A stretch of 64,000 bases of DNA from an uncultured Bacteroidota bacterium (GTDB lineage Bacteria > Bacteroidota > Bacteroidia > Chitinophagales > Chitinophagaceae), in the NCBI GenBank assembly GCA_963730425.1, contig CAVSRV010000011.1:240092-304091 (forward strand). The letters run 5' to 3'. The notes beneath the pieces are model-generated. The model made no database searches. It worked only from the letters and a program-made list of their open reading frames with translations, and had not been told where the DNA came from. Below, in pieces: positions 20,553 to 31,205 of this stretch. Numbering within the stretch: position 1 is the stretch's first letter; every line of letters starts with the position of its first letter. Both the position numbers and the translations under genes were made by a program.

Positions 20553-21626
20553 TTAAAGCTGTTCAAACAATGACCTCAGTTTTTCCCTTGTCATGATTTT
20601 TTCCCAATCAGCACCTAAAGCATTTTCCCATAAAGGTTTCATTCCCAGTGAAACATTGATCATAGTATCGAACTGCTCATCGGTGAGGCCCCTGGTGATG
20701 TGCTGAGGTATTTCAATTTTATTTTTTTTCACCATCAGTTTGAATTCACGTACTCCGTCAGGATAATATTCTTCAAGTTTATCAAAAACAATACAGTTTC
20801 CTATTCCGTGGCGGGTGCCCAGGAGATAACCTAAACCATAACTTACTGCATGAGCGATCCCAACCTGAGAGTAGGCGATACTCATTCCACCTGCATAAGA
20901 AGCCATCATAAGTTTGTCGTCGTGTTCGTCCCCCCATTCCCCTTCGCTAAGAAATACTTCCTGGCAGAGATTAAGCGCTTTCTCGCCATAGGATTTACTG
21001 AATTCATTTAAGAATGTGCCGGTAAGACTTTCGATACAATGTATATAACAGTCCATCCCCGTATAAAAACGCTGATTCACTGGAACATTCGCCGTGAGTT
21101 CCGGATCGAGTACAATTTGATCAAATGGAGTAAAATCTGAATTCATTCCCAATTTTCGGGTAGGGCCGGTCAATACAGTCGTTCTAGAAACTTCCGCGCC
21201 GGTACCACTTAAAGTAGGTATTCCTGCTTTATAAACACCTGGGTACTTCACAAGATCCCAGCCCTGATAATCTGCTGATGAACCTGGGTTATTCATCATA
21301 AGGGCCACTCCTTTAGCCAGGTCCATAACGGATCCACCACCAATTCCAATGATACCACTAATGCTGCCAAACTGTTGCTTCAACTTATTAGCCAGTTCAT
21401 CTACCTGTTTTGTTTTTGGTTCAAAATTTACATCCGCGAAAATAATTTTGTCTTCAGCATGAAGAGGTATGCGACTCACCAGCTGTTTATTCTCAAAATA
21501 ATGATCCACCAAAAAAATCATAGGTGAATTACCATTTCTTCTGGGTGCTAAAATTTCATCTAACTGGTTGAAACTTCCCCTTCCATAAACCACATAACTG
21601 ACCATTTTGAAATTTCTGAACTTCAT
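20553..21626 (-). CDS. kdnB: Iron-containing alcohol dehydrogenase family, KdnB-like (Kdo 8-oxidase)
   Basis: GRGSFNQL, YQGWDL, SGTGAEVSRT, KLGMNSD, FYTGMDCYIHCIESL, DDKLMMAS, AHAVSYGL and HHGIGNC-like motif match my recollection of Shewanella KdnB. kdsB is two genes upstream. Confidence 0.8.
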   Translation of the reverse strand: MKFRNFKMVSYVVYGRGSFNQLDEILAPRRNGNSPMIFLVDHYFENKQLVSRIPLHAEDKIIFADVNFEPKTKQVDELANKLKQQFGSISGIIGIGGGSVMDLAKGVALMMNNPGSSADYQGWDLVKYPGVYKAGIPTLSGTGAEVSRTTVLTGPTRKLGMNSDFTPFDQIVLDPELTANVPVNQRFYTGMDCYIHCIESLTGTFLNEFSKSYGEKALNLCQEVFLSEGEWGDEHDDKLMMASYAGGMSIAYSQVGIAHAVSYGLGYLLGTRHGIGNCIVFDKLEEYYPDGVREFKLMVKKNKIEIPQHITRGLTDEQFDTMINVSLGMKPLWENALGADWEKIMTREKLRSLFEQL

Positions 21627-21634
21627 ATTGTTAA

Positions 21635-21664
21635 GCTTAAAGCTTAAAGCGCAAGGCTAAAGGC
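21635..21664. repeat. Solo heptamer array (GCTTAAA-type)
   Basis: gcttaaa gcttaaa gcgcaag gctaaag gc, between the ROK stop and kdnB start; same unit family as element B. Confidence 0.6.
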
Positions 21665-21674
21665 TTTTTGTGAA

Positions 21675-22586
21675 TTAATGATTCTGGGTTAATGCCGCAG
21701 CACCAAAAACACCCGCACTATCTCCTAATTCGGGGCGAATAACAGGCACCGTGCAATAATTATTAAATATAAAATGTTTCAGGCTTTTTACGCCATCAGT
21801 ATAAATTTCATCAATATTTCCCACACCTCCTCCCACAACAATGATATCCGGATCAAGCATATTCGTAATAGACGAAACTGCTTTTCCAAAAAAATGATTT
21901 AGTCGGTCGAGCGTATGACGAGCATATGGATCTTTATCTTTTTGCATTACGATTTCCTTAAGTGATTTCTTAGCGCCAGCTATGGATTCGTAAAATTTCT
22001 GCAGCGACGGTCCTGATATTATTTTTTCAACACATCCCGTTTTACCACAATAACAGGGTCCACCTGATTCATCCAGAAAATTATGACCCCACTCTCCGGC
22101 AATTCCATGATGACCTTCCCAAATTTTACCATCTATTACGAGTCCGCCCCCAACGCCAGTCCCCATGATGATTCCAAATACTATCCTTGCCCGTGGAGAA
22201 GTTTTTCTGACACCGCCCCAGGTTGCTTCTGCAAGGGCGAAACAGTTTGCGTCGTTAGCGAGGACAATGGGTAATTGCAAACGCTCTTCAAGATCTTTTT
22301 TTAAGGGCTTATGATTTAAAATGGTTGTATTTGAATTTTTTAAATTCTGTGAAATGGGATCCAGGATTCCAGGAGTTCCGAATCCGATCGTGGTGGGAGT
22401 AATTCCTGATTCCGTTTTCATCTTATTTACCAGCTTTTCTATCTGGCCAATCACATGGTCATAGCCCTGGGCTGCTTCTGTATCAACACGGGTCCTGACC
22501 AGGGTCTCAGGATCCTTATCGCCCCGAAGAATGATGCCTTCAACCTTGGTGCCGCCAAGATCGATGCCCCACATTATTTCTTTCAT
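21675..22586 (-). CDS. ROK family sugar kinase (Mak-like)
   Basis: GIDLGGTK, ANDANCFALAE, GTGVGGG, GEWGH and CYCGKTGCVE motifs. Confidence 0.92.
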   Translation of the reverse strand: MKEIMWGIDLGGTKVEGIILRGDKDPETLVRTRVDTEAAQGYDHVIGQIEKLVNKMKTESGITPTTIGFGTPGILDPISQNLKNSNTTILNHKPLKKDLEERLQLPIVLANDANCFALAEATWGGVRKTSPRARIVFGIIMGTGVGGGLVIDGKIWEGHHGIAGEWGHNFLDESGGPCYCGKTGCVEKIISGPSLQKFYESIAGAKKSLKEIVMQKDKDPYARHTLDRLNHFFGKAVSSITNMLDPDIIVVGGGVGNIDEIYTDGVKSLKHFIFNNYCTVPVIRPELGDSAGVFGAAALTQNH

Positions 22587-22616
22587 ATATTGATCGTTAA
22601 ATAATTTTCATGAAAT

Positions 22617-23360
22617 TCAAAGCAACCTTTGTTTTGCAAGTAACAAATCCTCTGGTGTATCAATTTCAACTCCCATATATTCGGTTAGCACCATTTTTAA
22701 AGGTATACCATGCTCCAGATATCGAAGACATTCAATTTTCTCCGAAGCTTCTAATGTTGTTACAGGCCATTTTGTAAAATTCATCAAAGCCTGTTTTCTG
22801 AATGCATAAACACCAATATGTTCATAATAAGTAACATTCAGTGAAGGATCCCTGGGATGAGGAATTACACTCCGGCTAAAAAAAAGCGCATTCATCTCCT
22901 GGTCCACTACAACTTTCACATAGTTCGGGTCTTCAACATTTTTTTTATCTTTCATTACCTGCATAAGGGATGCTACCTGAATTTCCTCTGCATCATCATT
23001 ATGAAAAATATCCAGCAACTTTTTTAAGGGTTCTTTTTGAACAAAAGGTTCGTCTCCCTGAACATTAATTACGAGATCGGCATCGATGTTTTCCATGGCT
23101 TCTGCAATACGGTCGCTTCCGCTTTCATGGGGTCTGCTGCTCATCAAAACATTGCCGCCATTCTTTTTTATTTCATCATAAATGATCTGACTATCCGTCA
23201 CGACTATTACTTTATCAAAAAGCCCGGTTTTAACAGTATTATCATAGGTATGTCGTATGACAGTTTTATTACCCAGCAATTGCATCAGCTTACCGGGAAA
23301 ACGGGTTGACGCATACCTCGCAGGAATCATCGCAATACAATTCATGAATTCTTTTTTCAA
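22617..23360 (-). CDS. kdsB: 3-deoxy-manno-octulosonate cytidylyltransferase
   Basis: IPARYASTRFPGK, HESGSDR, INVQGDEP, FSRS, HIGVYAF and EKIECLR motifs. Confidence 0.95.
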   Translation of the reverse strand: MKKEFMNCIAMIPARYASTRFPGKLMQLLGNKTVIRHTYDNTVKTGLFDKVIVVTDSQIIYDEIKKNGGNVLMSSRPHESGSDRIAEAMENIDADLVINVQGDEPFVQKEPLKKLLDIFHNDDAEEIQVASLMQVMKDKKNVEDPNYVKVVVDQEMNALFFSRSVIPHPRDPSLNVTYYEHIGVYAFRKQALMNFTKWPVTTLEASEKIECLRYLEHGIPLKMVLTEYMGVEIDTPEDLLLAKQRLL

Positions 23361-23404
23361 AAATAATTTTTTGCACTTAGATCCGGCGTGGATTTCCGCT
23401 AAAC

Positions 23405-24421
23405 TTACATTTTTCGGTTTTGGTGATCATCTTCGTTCATGATTGACCAGAGCAGGTCCTTTAGTTCCTGAATCCCTTTCTGGGTGACGGAAGAAATAAA
23501 AATATTCGGGATATCCGGCGGAAGTTCCTTCCTTATATCAGCCATCAATTCCTCATCCAGTAAGTCAGATTTACTTATTGCAATTACAAATCGCTTATCA
23601 AGAAGTTCCGGGTTATATTGTTCCAGTTCATTTCTGAGAATTGTGTATTCCCTGAGATGATCAGGGCTGTCTGCAGGAATCATAAATAATAGTGCAACAT
23701 TTCTTTCGATATGCCGCAAAAAACGATGACCAAGACCTTTCCCTTCGGCCGCTCCTTCGATGATACCTGGAAGATCAGCAATACAGAAACTCTTTCCGTC
23801 TCGATATTCCACCATACCCAGCTGGGGCACGAGGGTTGTAAACGCGTAGTCTGCAATTTTCGGGGTAGCGGCAGTCATTACTGAAAGCAAAGTCGATTTA
23901 CCTGCATTCGGAAAACCGACGAGACCAACATCTGCGAGTACTTTTAATTCCAGCACTTTCCAGCCTTCCACGCCTGGCTCTCCGGGCTGGGAATGTTCGG
24001 GTGCCTGGTTAGTTGGTGTAGCGAAGCGGGCATTCCCAAGACCACCGCGGCCACCTTTTAACAAGATGATTTCCTGGCCATCTTCCAGAATCTCTGCTTC
24101 TTTCAAACCGCTTATTTCATCTCTTGCAATTGTGCCCAGTGGTACATCTATATATATATCTTTTCCGAACCGGCCCGTGCAATTGTTTCCGCTGCCGGCT
24201 TCACCGTTCTCTGCTAAAACATTTTTATAATAACGTAGTGGCAGAAGAGTCCAGGTGTTCTTATTGCCGCGAAGAATAATATGACCACCTCTTCCACCAT
24301 CTCCTCCGTCCGGTCCTGCCAGAGCATTATATTTCGTACGCATAAAATGTTTACTTCCGGCTCCACCATGGCCGCTTTTGCAGAATACACGAATCTGGTC
24401 TACGAAATTGCTTTTTTCCAT
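23405..24421 (-). CDS. obgE: GTPase ObgE/CgtA
   Basis: Gly-rich Obg fold, [19 protein letters not shown] and SKSD motifs. Confidence 0.97.
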   Translation of the reverse strand: MEKSNFVDQIRVFCKSGHGGAGSKHFMRTKYNALAGPDGGDGGRGGHIILRGNKNTWTLLPLRYYKNVLAENGEAGSGNNCTGRFGKDIYIDVPLGTIARDEISGLKEAEILEDGQEIILLKGGRGGLGNARFATPTNQAPEHSQPGEPGVEGWKVLELKVLADVGLVGFPNAGKSTLLSVMTAATPKIADYAFTTLVPQLGMVEYRDGKSFCIADLPGIIEGAAEGKGLGHRFLRHIERNVALLFMIPADSPDHLREYTILRNELEQYNPELLDKRFVIAISKSDLLDEELMADIRKELPPDIPNIFISSVTQKGIQELKDLLWSIMNEDDHQNRKM

Positions 24422-24435
24422 TTTTAATCGGGCAG

Positions 24436-24443
24436 CAAAGATA
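24436..24443 (-). promoter_or_regulatory. -7 promoter element for obgE
   Basis: Reverse strand reads TATCTTTG, 14 nt before the ATG. Confidence 0.55.
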
Positions 24444-24457
24444 ACTGATTAAAACAG

Positions 24458-27064
24458 CTATCTGCACATCAACAGCCGCGCGACAAGGCCAGTCCAGCCT
24501 GTCTGGTGCGACGCACCCAGGCCCTTTCCTGTGTCGCCATGGAAATATTCAAAAAACAAGGTATAGTCTTTGAAATAAGGATCTTTTTGGAACAGGGTCT
24601 GATCGCCGTAAATGGGACGATTTCCATCAGCATTTTTTGTGAACAAAGAAATTAACCTGTCTGCAAGTTTTTCTGAAATTTCTTTCAGAGAAAAAAGGTT
24701 GCCTGAATGGGTTGGATATTCAATTCGGAAATCATCGCCGTAATATTCGTGGAATTTTAACAGGGATTCTATAAGCATAAAATTCAAGGGCATCCAAACC
24801 GGACCCCTCCAGTTTGAGTTTCCACCAAAAAGTGCAGTATCCGATTCGCCGGGTGTATAATGAATCGAAAACCAGTTGTTGTCTATTTGTAGAATAAAAG
24901 GATTGTCTTTGTGAAATTTAGATAATGCCCGTAACCCATGATCGCTTAGAAATTCGTTTTCATCCAGCATGCGGTATAATATCCTTTTCATGCGATGACC
25001 ACGCAATAGAGAAAGGAGATGTTTTTCATCTTTCCCTTTTTCACCCCATTTTGAAACCAGACTTGACAGATCAGGCCGGTTATTAAGAAACCAGTATAAA
25101 CGATCAGTAAATTCTTTCTGACTGAAAAGAAGTTCATCGTCCAGAACCTCTACAGCCAGCAAAGGAATCAGCCCAACCATAGATCGTATCTTCAACTTAT
25201 CATTAGTCCCATTTGATTTTTGAATTGCATCATAATAAAATTCATCTTCATTATCCCAAAGTCCGGTTCCCTGATCGCCATCAGCAAACATGGCGCCTGC
25301 TATATATAAAAAGTGTTCAAAGAACTTAGTCGCCATGTCCTGATAGACATCATTTGTGAGAGAGAGCTCCAGTGAAATGCGCATCATGTTGAGGGAATAC
25401 ATGCACATCCAGCTGGTAGAATCCGATTGTTCAAGAATGGATCCATCCGGCAAAGGTGAATTCCGGTCAAAGAGCCCGATATTGTCCATACCCAGGAATC
25501 CGCCTTCAAAAATATTATTCCCCTGTTCATCTTTTCTGTTTACCCACCAGGTGAAATTCAGTAGAAGTTTCAGAAAAATAGTTTCAAGGAATTTGAAATC
25601 GCCGACACCTTTTGCAATTTTATCTATTTTATAAACGGCCCATGTAGCCCATGCCTGTACAGGAGGATTTACATCTGAAAAGGCCCATTCGTATGCCGGA
25701 AGTTGTCCGCTCGGATGCATATACCATTCATGGTTGAGTAATGTGAGCTGATTCTTGGCGAATTCAGGATCAATATCAGCAAAACAGATGGAATGAAACG
25801 CAAGATCCCATGCTGCAAACCATGGATATTCCCAACTGTCGGGCATTGAAATAATATCGGAGCTGTTTAGGTGACGCCAATTATGATTTCTTCCTTTTTT
25901 TCTTTGTTCGGGTGCAGGAGGGCAACCCGGATCACCATTGATCCATTTATTTACATTATAATAATAATACTGTTTACACCAGATCATTCCTGCATAAGCC
26001 TGTCGCTGAATAGTTTTTAATTCATCGTTGGGAACACGGGTCTGTATATCCGCATAAAAAGTATCGGCTTCTCTGATACGGGATTCAAATATTCTTTCAA
26101 AATCTTCGAAAGGTTTTTCTAATGGATCCGGACCCATGCGTATCCGGAATGTTTCTGATTTTCCCGGATCAATTGTTTTATTGAAATGTATAGCAGCTTT
26201 AGTGCCGTTTTGTGATGGATTCACCGTATTTGCACCACGAATGATATGATCATTGATTCCATCTTTAAAATAGCCATCTGATTTATTGGGTAATATCGAA
26301 TAGAGCTTCCCACTATTACTTTCATTCTCGCAAAAAAGTAACTGCCCCGGGTTTTCTGCATATAGCCATCGTTTTCCAAGGGTCTTGTGTTGAATGATGA
26401 TGCTATTATCAGTTTCCCTTTCCATGGAAGGTTTGTCGGAAGAATAACCCCATTCCCAGGTGTTCCGAAACCAAACATTGGGCAGAACGTGCAACGGCGC
26501 GGCTTCAGTACTCCGATTAATAACAGTGATCTTCCACAAGATGTCCTCCGGAGAATATTTTGCATATTCAATAAAAACATCGAAATATTTATTTTCATTG
26601 AAGATGCCAGTATCCTGGATTTCATATTCCGGATCCAACTTGCCTCTGCGACCATTTTCCATTATAATCTGATCGTATGGGAATTCCCCCTGGGGGTATT
26701 TATACAGCATTTTCAGATAAGAATGTGTAGGCGTTGCATCCAGGAAATAATATAATTCCTTTACATCTTCTCCATGATTTCCTTCATTTCCGCTTAGCCC
26801 AAAATACCGTTCTTTGAGGATGGGATCCCGTGTGTTCCATAAACTAACGGAGAGGCATAGTTGTAAATTAATATCGCTCAATCCGCCCAAACCATCTTCT
26901 CCCCATCGCCAGGCTTTGCTGCGCGCTACTTCATGTGTAGAGAATTCCCAGGCTGAACCATCTTCGCTATAGTCCTCGCGAACGGTTCCCCATTGTCTGT
27001 CACTCAGGAAAGGCCCCCAGTTCTTCCAGGCAGGATCTTTTAGTCTTTTGTTTTCTTCATTCAT
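24458..27064 (-). CDS. GH63/MGH1-like glucosidase
   Basis: WGPFLSDRQWGTVREDYS, NHGEDVKE, MPDSWEYPWFAAWDLAFH, NWRGPVW and GASHQTGWTGLVA motifs. Confidence 0.9.
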   Translation of the reverse strand: MNEENKRLKDPAWKNWGPFLSDRQWGTVREDYSEDGSAWEFSTHEVARSKAWRWGEDGLGGLSDINLQLCLSVSLWNTRDPILKERYFGLSGNEGNHGEDVKELYYFLDATPTHSYLKMLYKYPQGEFPYDQIIMENGRRGKLDPEYEIQDTGIFNENKYFDVFIEYAKYSPEDILWKITVINRSTEAAPLHVLPNVWFRNTWEWGYSSDKPSMERETDNSIIIQHKTLGKRWLYAENPGQLLFCENESNSGKLYSILPNKSDGYFKDGINDHIIRGANTVNPSQNGTKAAIHFNKTIDPGKSETFRIRMGPDPLEKPFEDFERIFESRIREADTFYADIQTRVPNDELKTIQRQAYAGMIWCKQYYYYNVNKWINGDPGCPPAPEQRKKGRNHNWRHLNSSDIISMPDSWEYPWFAAWDLAFHSICFADIDPEFAKNQLTLLNHEWYMHPSGQLPAYEWAFSDVNPPVQAWATWAVYKIDKIAKGVGDFKFLETIFLKLLLNFTWWVNRKDEQGNNIFEGGFLGMDNIGLFDRNSPLPDGSILEQSDSTSWMCMYSLNMMRISLELSLTNDVYQDMATKFFEHFLYIAGAMFADGDQGTGLWDNEDEFYYDAIQKSNGTNDKLKIRSMVGLIPLLAVEVLDDELLFSQKEFTDRLYWFLNNRPDLSSLVSKWGEKGKDEKHLLSLLRGHRMKRILYRMLDENEFLSDHGLRALSKFHKDNPFILQIDNNWFSIHYTPGESDTALFGGNSNWRGPVWMPLNFMLIESLLKFHEYYGDDFRIEYPTHSGNLFSLKEISEKLADRLISLFTKNADGNRPIYGDQTLFQKDPYFKDYTLFFEYFHGDTGKGLGASHQTGWTGLVARLLMCR

Positions 27065-27090
27065 AAATTCGAATTGAAAAGAAACGGAGG

Positions 27091-28878
27091 TCAGTTGTAG
27101 ATCTTGTCTATGTAGGACTTGTATTTATCGAGAATTATTTTTCTACGGATACTTAGTTTTGGAGTGAGTTCACCTCCTTCAACACTCCAATCCACGGGTA
27201 ATAATTCAAATTTTTTTATCTGTTCTACATGGTTGAACTGCTGGTTATATTCATCCACGATTCCCCTGTAAAATTTTATTACAGCTGGATTTTGAATCAT
27301 GGAAAGGTTTGAACTTTTATCATAACCTTGTTGCCCACACCATTCCGCGAGTTGAGAAAATGCCGGGACAATCAGCGCCCCGACAAACTTCATTTCAGAT
27401 CCGACTACGATAATCTGTTCTATAAAACGGGATTCCTTTAGCTTATTCTCAATGGCTGCGGGGGCCACATATTTTCCACCACTGGTCTTAAATAATTCCT
27501 TTTTGCGATCTGTGATGCGCAGAAATTTGCCATCCTCCAACTCACCTATGTCCCCTGTATGTAACCATCCGTCAATAACGGTTTCAGCTGTCAGATCAGG
27601 GCGCTTGTAATATCCTTTCATGACACTTGGACCTTTGACACAAATTTCTCCGTCAGCTTCCAGACGTAATTCCACACCGTTAATTACGGGACCGACTGTT
27701 CCAAAGCGGCAAAGACCTTTGCCTCTGCGGTTTACCGCAATAACGGGAGAATTCTCTGTCGGGCCATAACCCTCATAGATAGGAATACCCGCGCCGGTAA
27801 ATATGCGCAGGAGCCTTATCTGACATGCAGCTCCACCGACTACAACATATTTGATATTATTTCCGAGTGCCTCGCGCCATTTATTGAATATAATTTTATT
27901 GGCAAGTGAAAGTTGAATTGAATACCATATTCCCTGACTCCGGTTATTGTCATATTTTTTCCCCAGCTCTACGGCCCAGAAAAAAAGGACTCTCTGAATA
28001 CCTTTCAGGGATGCGCCTTTGGCCATGATTTTCTCAAATACCTTTTCCAGGATTCTTGGAACCGTGGCAAAGAGATGGGGTTTTATTTCAACAAGATTGG
28101 CGCCAATGGTGTCGAAACTTTCTGCATAATAAATGCTGATGCCGCTAAACATATTTATATAGCTAACCATTCTTTCAAGGATGTGGTTCAGGGGCAAAAA
28201 ACTGAGCGCCCTGAAATCAGGTCTGTCCTCAAAAGGAAAACTTTCTTTCGACATCATGACATTACTCAGGATATTACGATGGGTCAGCATCACACCTTTT
28301 GGCGTGCCCGTTGTTCCGGATGTATATATTATTGTGGCGAGATGTTCGGGTCGAATGGTTTCGCTGATAAATTGCAGTTCCTGTTTTTTTGCGTCTGAAA
28401 TATTTTGCTGCAAAGATGACCAGTGATCAACCCCCTTTATATGATCAAAAGTATAGACGTTTTGAATAGTAGGAATATTGGGACGTACCTGTTGTATTTT
28501 TTCATATAATTCAGCGCTGCTTACAAATACATATTTCACGGAAGCATCCCTGAAAATAAATTCTATCTCATGATTGCTCGTAGTAGGATATATCGGAACG
28601 AGTACTGCTCCTAATTTTTGAACAGCTAAATCTGTAATCAGCCATTCCGGCCGGTTGTTTGATATGATAGCAATTTTGTCCTGTCCTTCAACCGTAAGAT
28701 CATTCCCGGATACACCGATGGCAGATAGGCCACAGGCCAATATGTCAACGGTTTCTGAAATTTCTTTTGTACTGTATTTTCTCCAAATACCATTTTCTTT
28801 GGCTGCCAGCATATCAGGCTTAGGAAATTTCTCCGTCTGGAAAGCAATGCAATCAAAGAGTCGTTCAGGTTTACTCAT
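27091..28878 (-). CDS. Long-chain fatty acid--CoA ligase (AMP-dependent synthetase)
   Basis: IYTSGTTGTPKG, EGYGPTE, WLHTGDIG, DRKKELFKTSGGKY and LTPKL motifs. Confidence 0.92.
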   Translation of the reverse strand: MSKPERLFDCIAFQTEKFPKPDMLAAKENGIWRKYSTKEISETVDILACGLSAIGVSGNDLTVEGQDKIAIISNNRPEWLITDLAVQKLGAVLVPIYPTTSNHEIEFIFRDASVKYVFVSSAELYEKIQQVRPNIPTIQNVYTFDHIKGVDHWSSLQQNISDAKKQELQFISETIRPEHLATIIYTSGTTGTPKGVMLTHRNILSNVMMSKESFPFEDRPDFRALSFLPLNHILERMVSYINMFSGISIYYAESFDTIGANLVEIKPHLFATVPRILEKVFEKIMAKGASLKGIQRVLFFWAVELGKKYDNNRSQGIWYSIQLSLANKIIFNKWREALGNNIKYVVVGGAACQIRLLRIFTGAGIPIYEGYGPTENSPVIAVNRRGKGLCRFGTVGPVINGVELRLEADGEICVKGPSVMKGYYKRPDLTAETVIDGWLHTGDIGELEDGKFLRITDRKKELFKTSGGKYVAPAAIENKLKESRFIEQIIVVGSEMKFVGALIVPAFSQLAEWCGQQGYDKSSNLSMIQNPAVIKFYRGIVDEYNQQFNHVEQIKKFELLPVDWSVEGGELTPKLSIRRKIILDKYKSYIDKIYN

Positions 28879-28883
28879 ATTGA

Positions 28884-29915
28884 TTATTTGGAATTCAGGT
28901 TGCGATAATTCTGACCCGCAGGTACCTTAAAAACACGACCCTTCTGGAAATTAATAAACCGGTTGTACTCATCTGCGTGTTGTGAAGTCCAGTTTTGAAA
29001 AGAAGCAAGTGTCATGGAAGCGCCAAATGCCCATTGGTCATATGCGTCAAACATGCCTTCCTTCAGGAGTTGCCGTTGATATTCAAAAAGCCTGAAAGGA
29101 TATTTATCTCCATATTTTTCAAACCATTCTAAAATAAATTTACTCCTTAAAATATTAAGTGATTCCTGTGTAACGCCCAGATTGACGGTCTGCGCAAGAT
29201 CGGTCATTACAGAAAGATAGGCTGCCGCAAAAATGTTTTTATTAACCTGATTTTTGGGCAGTTTGATTTCGGTGAATAATTTTTTATAACCCTCTGCCAG
29301 GAGCAGTTTGATCTCGGGTGTACGCCGGCTGTAACTTTCGAGGTTAATAAACATTTCACCATAAATAAGACTCCAGACTTTGTCATAAGTAAAGTAATAA
29401 AACTTGCAGGCATTATAATAATTGGAGGAATAATTGGGATCGACTTCAATTCCCTTCTCCCAAAAACGAATGGCTTCTGCATCCTTGTTCGCCCAAAGCA
29501 TTTCACCATATTCATTGTAAAGTTCTCCGCTGCTGGGAAATTTCTTTATTCCCTGTTTGTACATTTTGTCTGCCTGTTTACTCTCATCAATGGCTTTGTA
29601 TGCCATACCCAGAATTTGATAACATTGTTCGTCTGCATCATTGCGGGCAATCAGTTTTCTTCCTGATTCAACGGAAGCGCTATAATTTCTTTGGAGATAG
29701 TAAGTAAACGCCAGATCTTTTTGTATTTCCAGATTTTCCGGATCCGTCTTTAAAGCATTACTCAGAACAATTATCGCATTGGGATAATCCCCTGTGCGCA
29801 TGAATTGCCTGGCAATCTTGTGAAGAGAATCCGCATGTTGGGCAAGACAGGTAAAACCTGATAAAAATATGCTTATGGCAAACAGAAATTTTTTCATGAA
29901 TTGAATATAAGCCAC
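28884..29915 (-). CDS. Secreted tetratricopeptide-repeat protein
   Basis: Signal peptide; several TPR-like helical repeats (LAFTYY, LGMAYK, YGEMLW). Confidence 0.8.
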   Translation of the reverse strand: MAYIQFMKKFLFAISIFLSGFTCLAQHADSLHKIARQFMRTGDYPNAIIVLSNALKTDPENLEIQKDLAFTYYLQRNYSASVESGRKLIARNDADEQCYQILGMAYKAIDESKQADKMYKQGIKKFPSSGELYNEYGEMLWANKDAEAIRFWEKGIEVDPNYSSNYYNACKFYYFTYDKVWSLIYGEMFINLESYSRRTPEIKLLLAEGYKKLFTEIKLPKNQVNKNIFAAAYLSVMTDLAQTVNLGVTQESLNILRSKFILEWFEKYGDKYPFRLFEYQRQLLKEGMFDAYDQWAFGASMTLASFQNWTSQHADEYNRFINFQKGRVFKVPAGQNYRNLNSK

Positions 29916-29966
29916 CTTTAGGAAACGACCTGTGGCCCGGATAATTGTTCAGAACAAATTTACCGT

Positions 29967-31196
29967 TTATCTGATCAGATGAGTCAAAAGGCCGTCCCGT
30001 AATTTAGGTTCAAACCAGGTACTTTTCGGGGGCATGATCTGACCACTGTCGGCAATAGCAAAAAGCTGGTCCATACTTACGGGGTAAAGACTGAAGGCCA
30101 GTTTCATCGCGCCACTATCCACTCTTTTTTGCAGTTCATCCATTCCCCGGATACCTCCCACAAAGTCAATCCTGTCATCAGTTCTGACATCCCGGATGTT
30201 AAGGATTGGTGAAAGAATATTTTCCTGCAGAATACTAACATCCAGAACTCCGATTGGGTCATTGGGGAAGCTATTTTCCCTGGCTTCCAAATGGTACCAG
30301 TTTCCATCAAGGTACATACCGAAATGATGCAGCCGGTCAGGAGAATAAGTGCCACTCATTTTTTCTACCTTGAAATTTTTGTTGAGGGTTTCAAGAAAAC
30401 TATTTGTATTCAACCCATTCAAATCTTTCACCACCCGGTTATAATCCATGATGTGTAGCTCGTCTGAAGGGAATAACGTGGTTAAAAAATATTCCGCCTC
30501 AGCCGGAGCATTGTCACCGAGTGCTTTTTTCACCTTGGCGGCAGATGCTGCACGATGATGACCGTCTGCGATATATGTAAATGGAATCTGCTTTTGAAAA
30601 ATCATGGTGATTTCGGAGATGGTTTGTGGATCGTGTACGATCCAGACTCTGTGGCCAATTCCATCGTCAGCAATAAAATCATATACAGGTTCGTGCGACT
30701 TTTTCCAGAAATTGATTAACAAACTCAGGGTAACATTCGCTTTATAAGCGAGAAACACATTTCCCGTTTGTGCCCCCGTTATCTGGATATGGTTGATCCG
30801 GTCCAGTTCTTTTTCAGGACGGGTCAGTTCATGTTTCTTGATAATATTGTTTTCATAATCCGCTATTGAACTTATACAAACAAGACCCGTTTGTTTTCTT
30901 TTACCCATGCTCAGCTCATATATATAATATGCAGGTTGCTCATCAAGAATCAGAATTTTATTGTCCCGAAAGATGAAGAGATTGTCTGCGGCCTTATTGT
31001 ATACTTTATTACTGTGAACATCGGTTCCTTCCGGAAGATCAATCTCCGATTTGGTAATATGTAAAAATGAATAAGGATTATTCCCGGCAACAATTCTGGC
31101 TTCGGCGCTGTTCAGCACATCATAAGGAAGTGATGCGACCCGGGGAGCCAGGTCTTTTGCTGGTCTGAGTGCCCGGAATGCGGAAATTATTGCCAT
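29967..31196 (-). CDS. DUF1015 family protein
   Basis: SLPYDV, NPYSFLH, IKKHELT, YIADGHHR and MPPKSTWFEPKLRDGL motifs. Confidence 0.92.
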   Translation of the reverse strand: MAIISAFRALRPAKDLAPRVASLPYDVLNSAEARIVAGNNPYSFLHITKSEIDLPEGTDVHSNKVYNKAADNLFIFRDNKILILDEQPAYYIYELSMGKRKQTGLVCISSIADYENNIIKKHELTRPEKELDRINHIQITGAQTGNVFLAYKANVTLSLLINFWKKSHEPVYDFIADDGIGHRVWIVHDPQTISEITMIFQKQIPFTYIADGHHRAASAAKVKKALGDNAPAEAEYFLTTLFPSDELHIMDYNRVVKDLNGLNTNSFLETLNKNFKVEKMSGTYSPDRLHHFGMYLDGNWYHLEARENSFPNDPIGVLDVSILQENILSPILNIRDVRTDDRIDFVGGIRGMDELQKRVDSGAMKLAFSLYPVSMDQLFAIADSGQIMPPKSTWFEPKLRDGLLTHLIR

Positions 31197-31205
31197 CTAA
31201 TTAAA

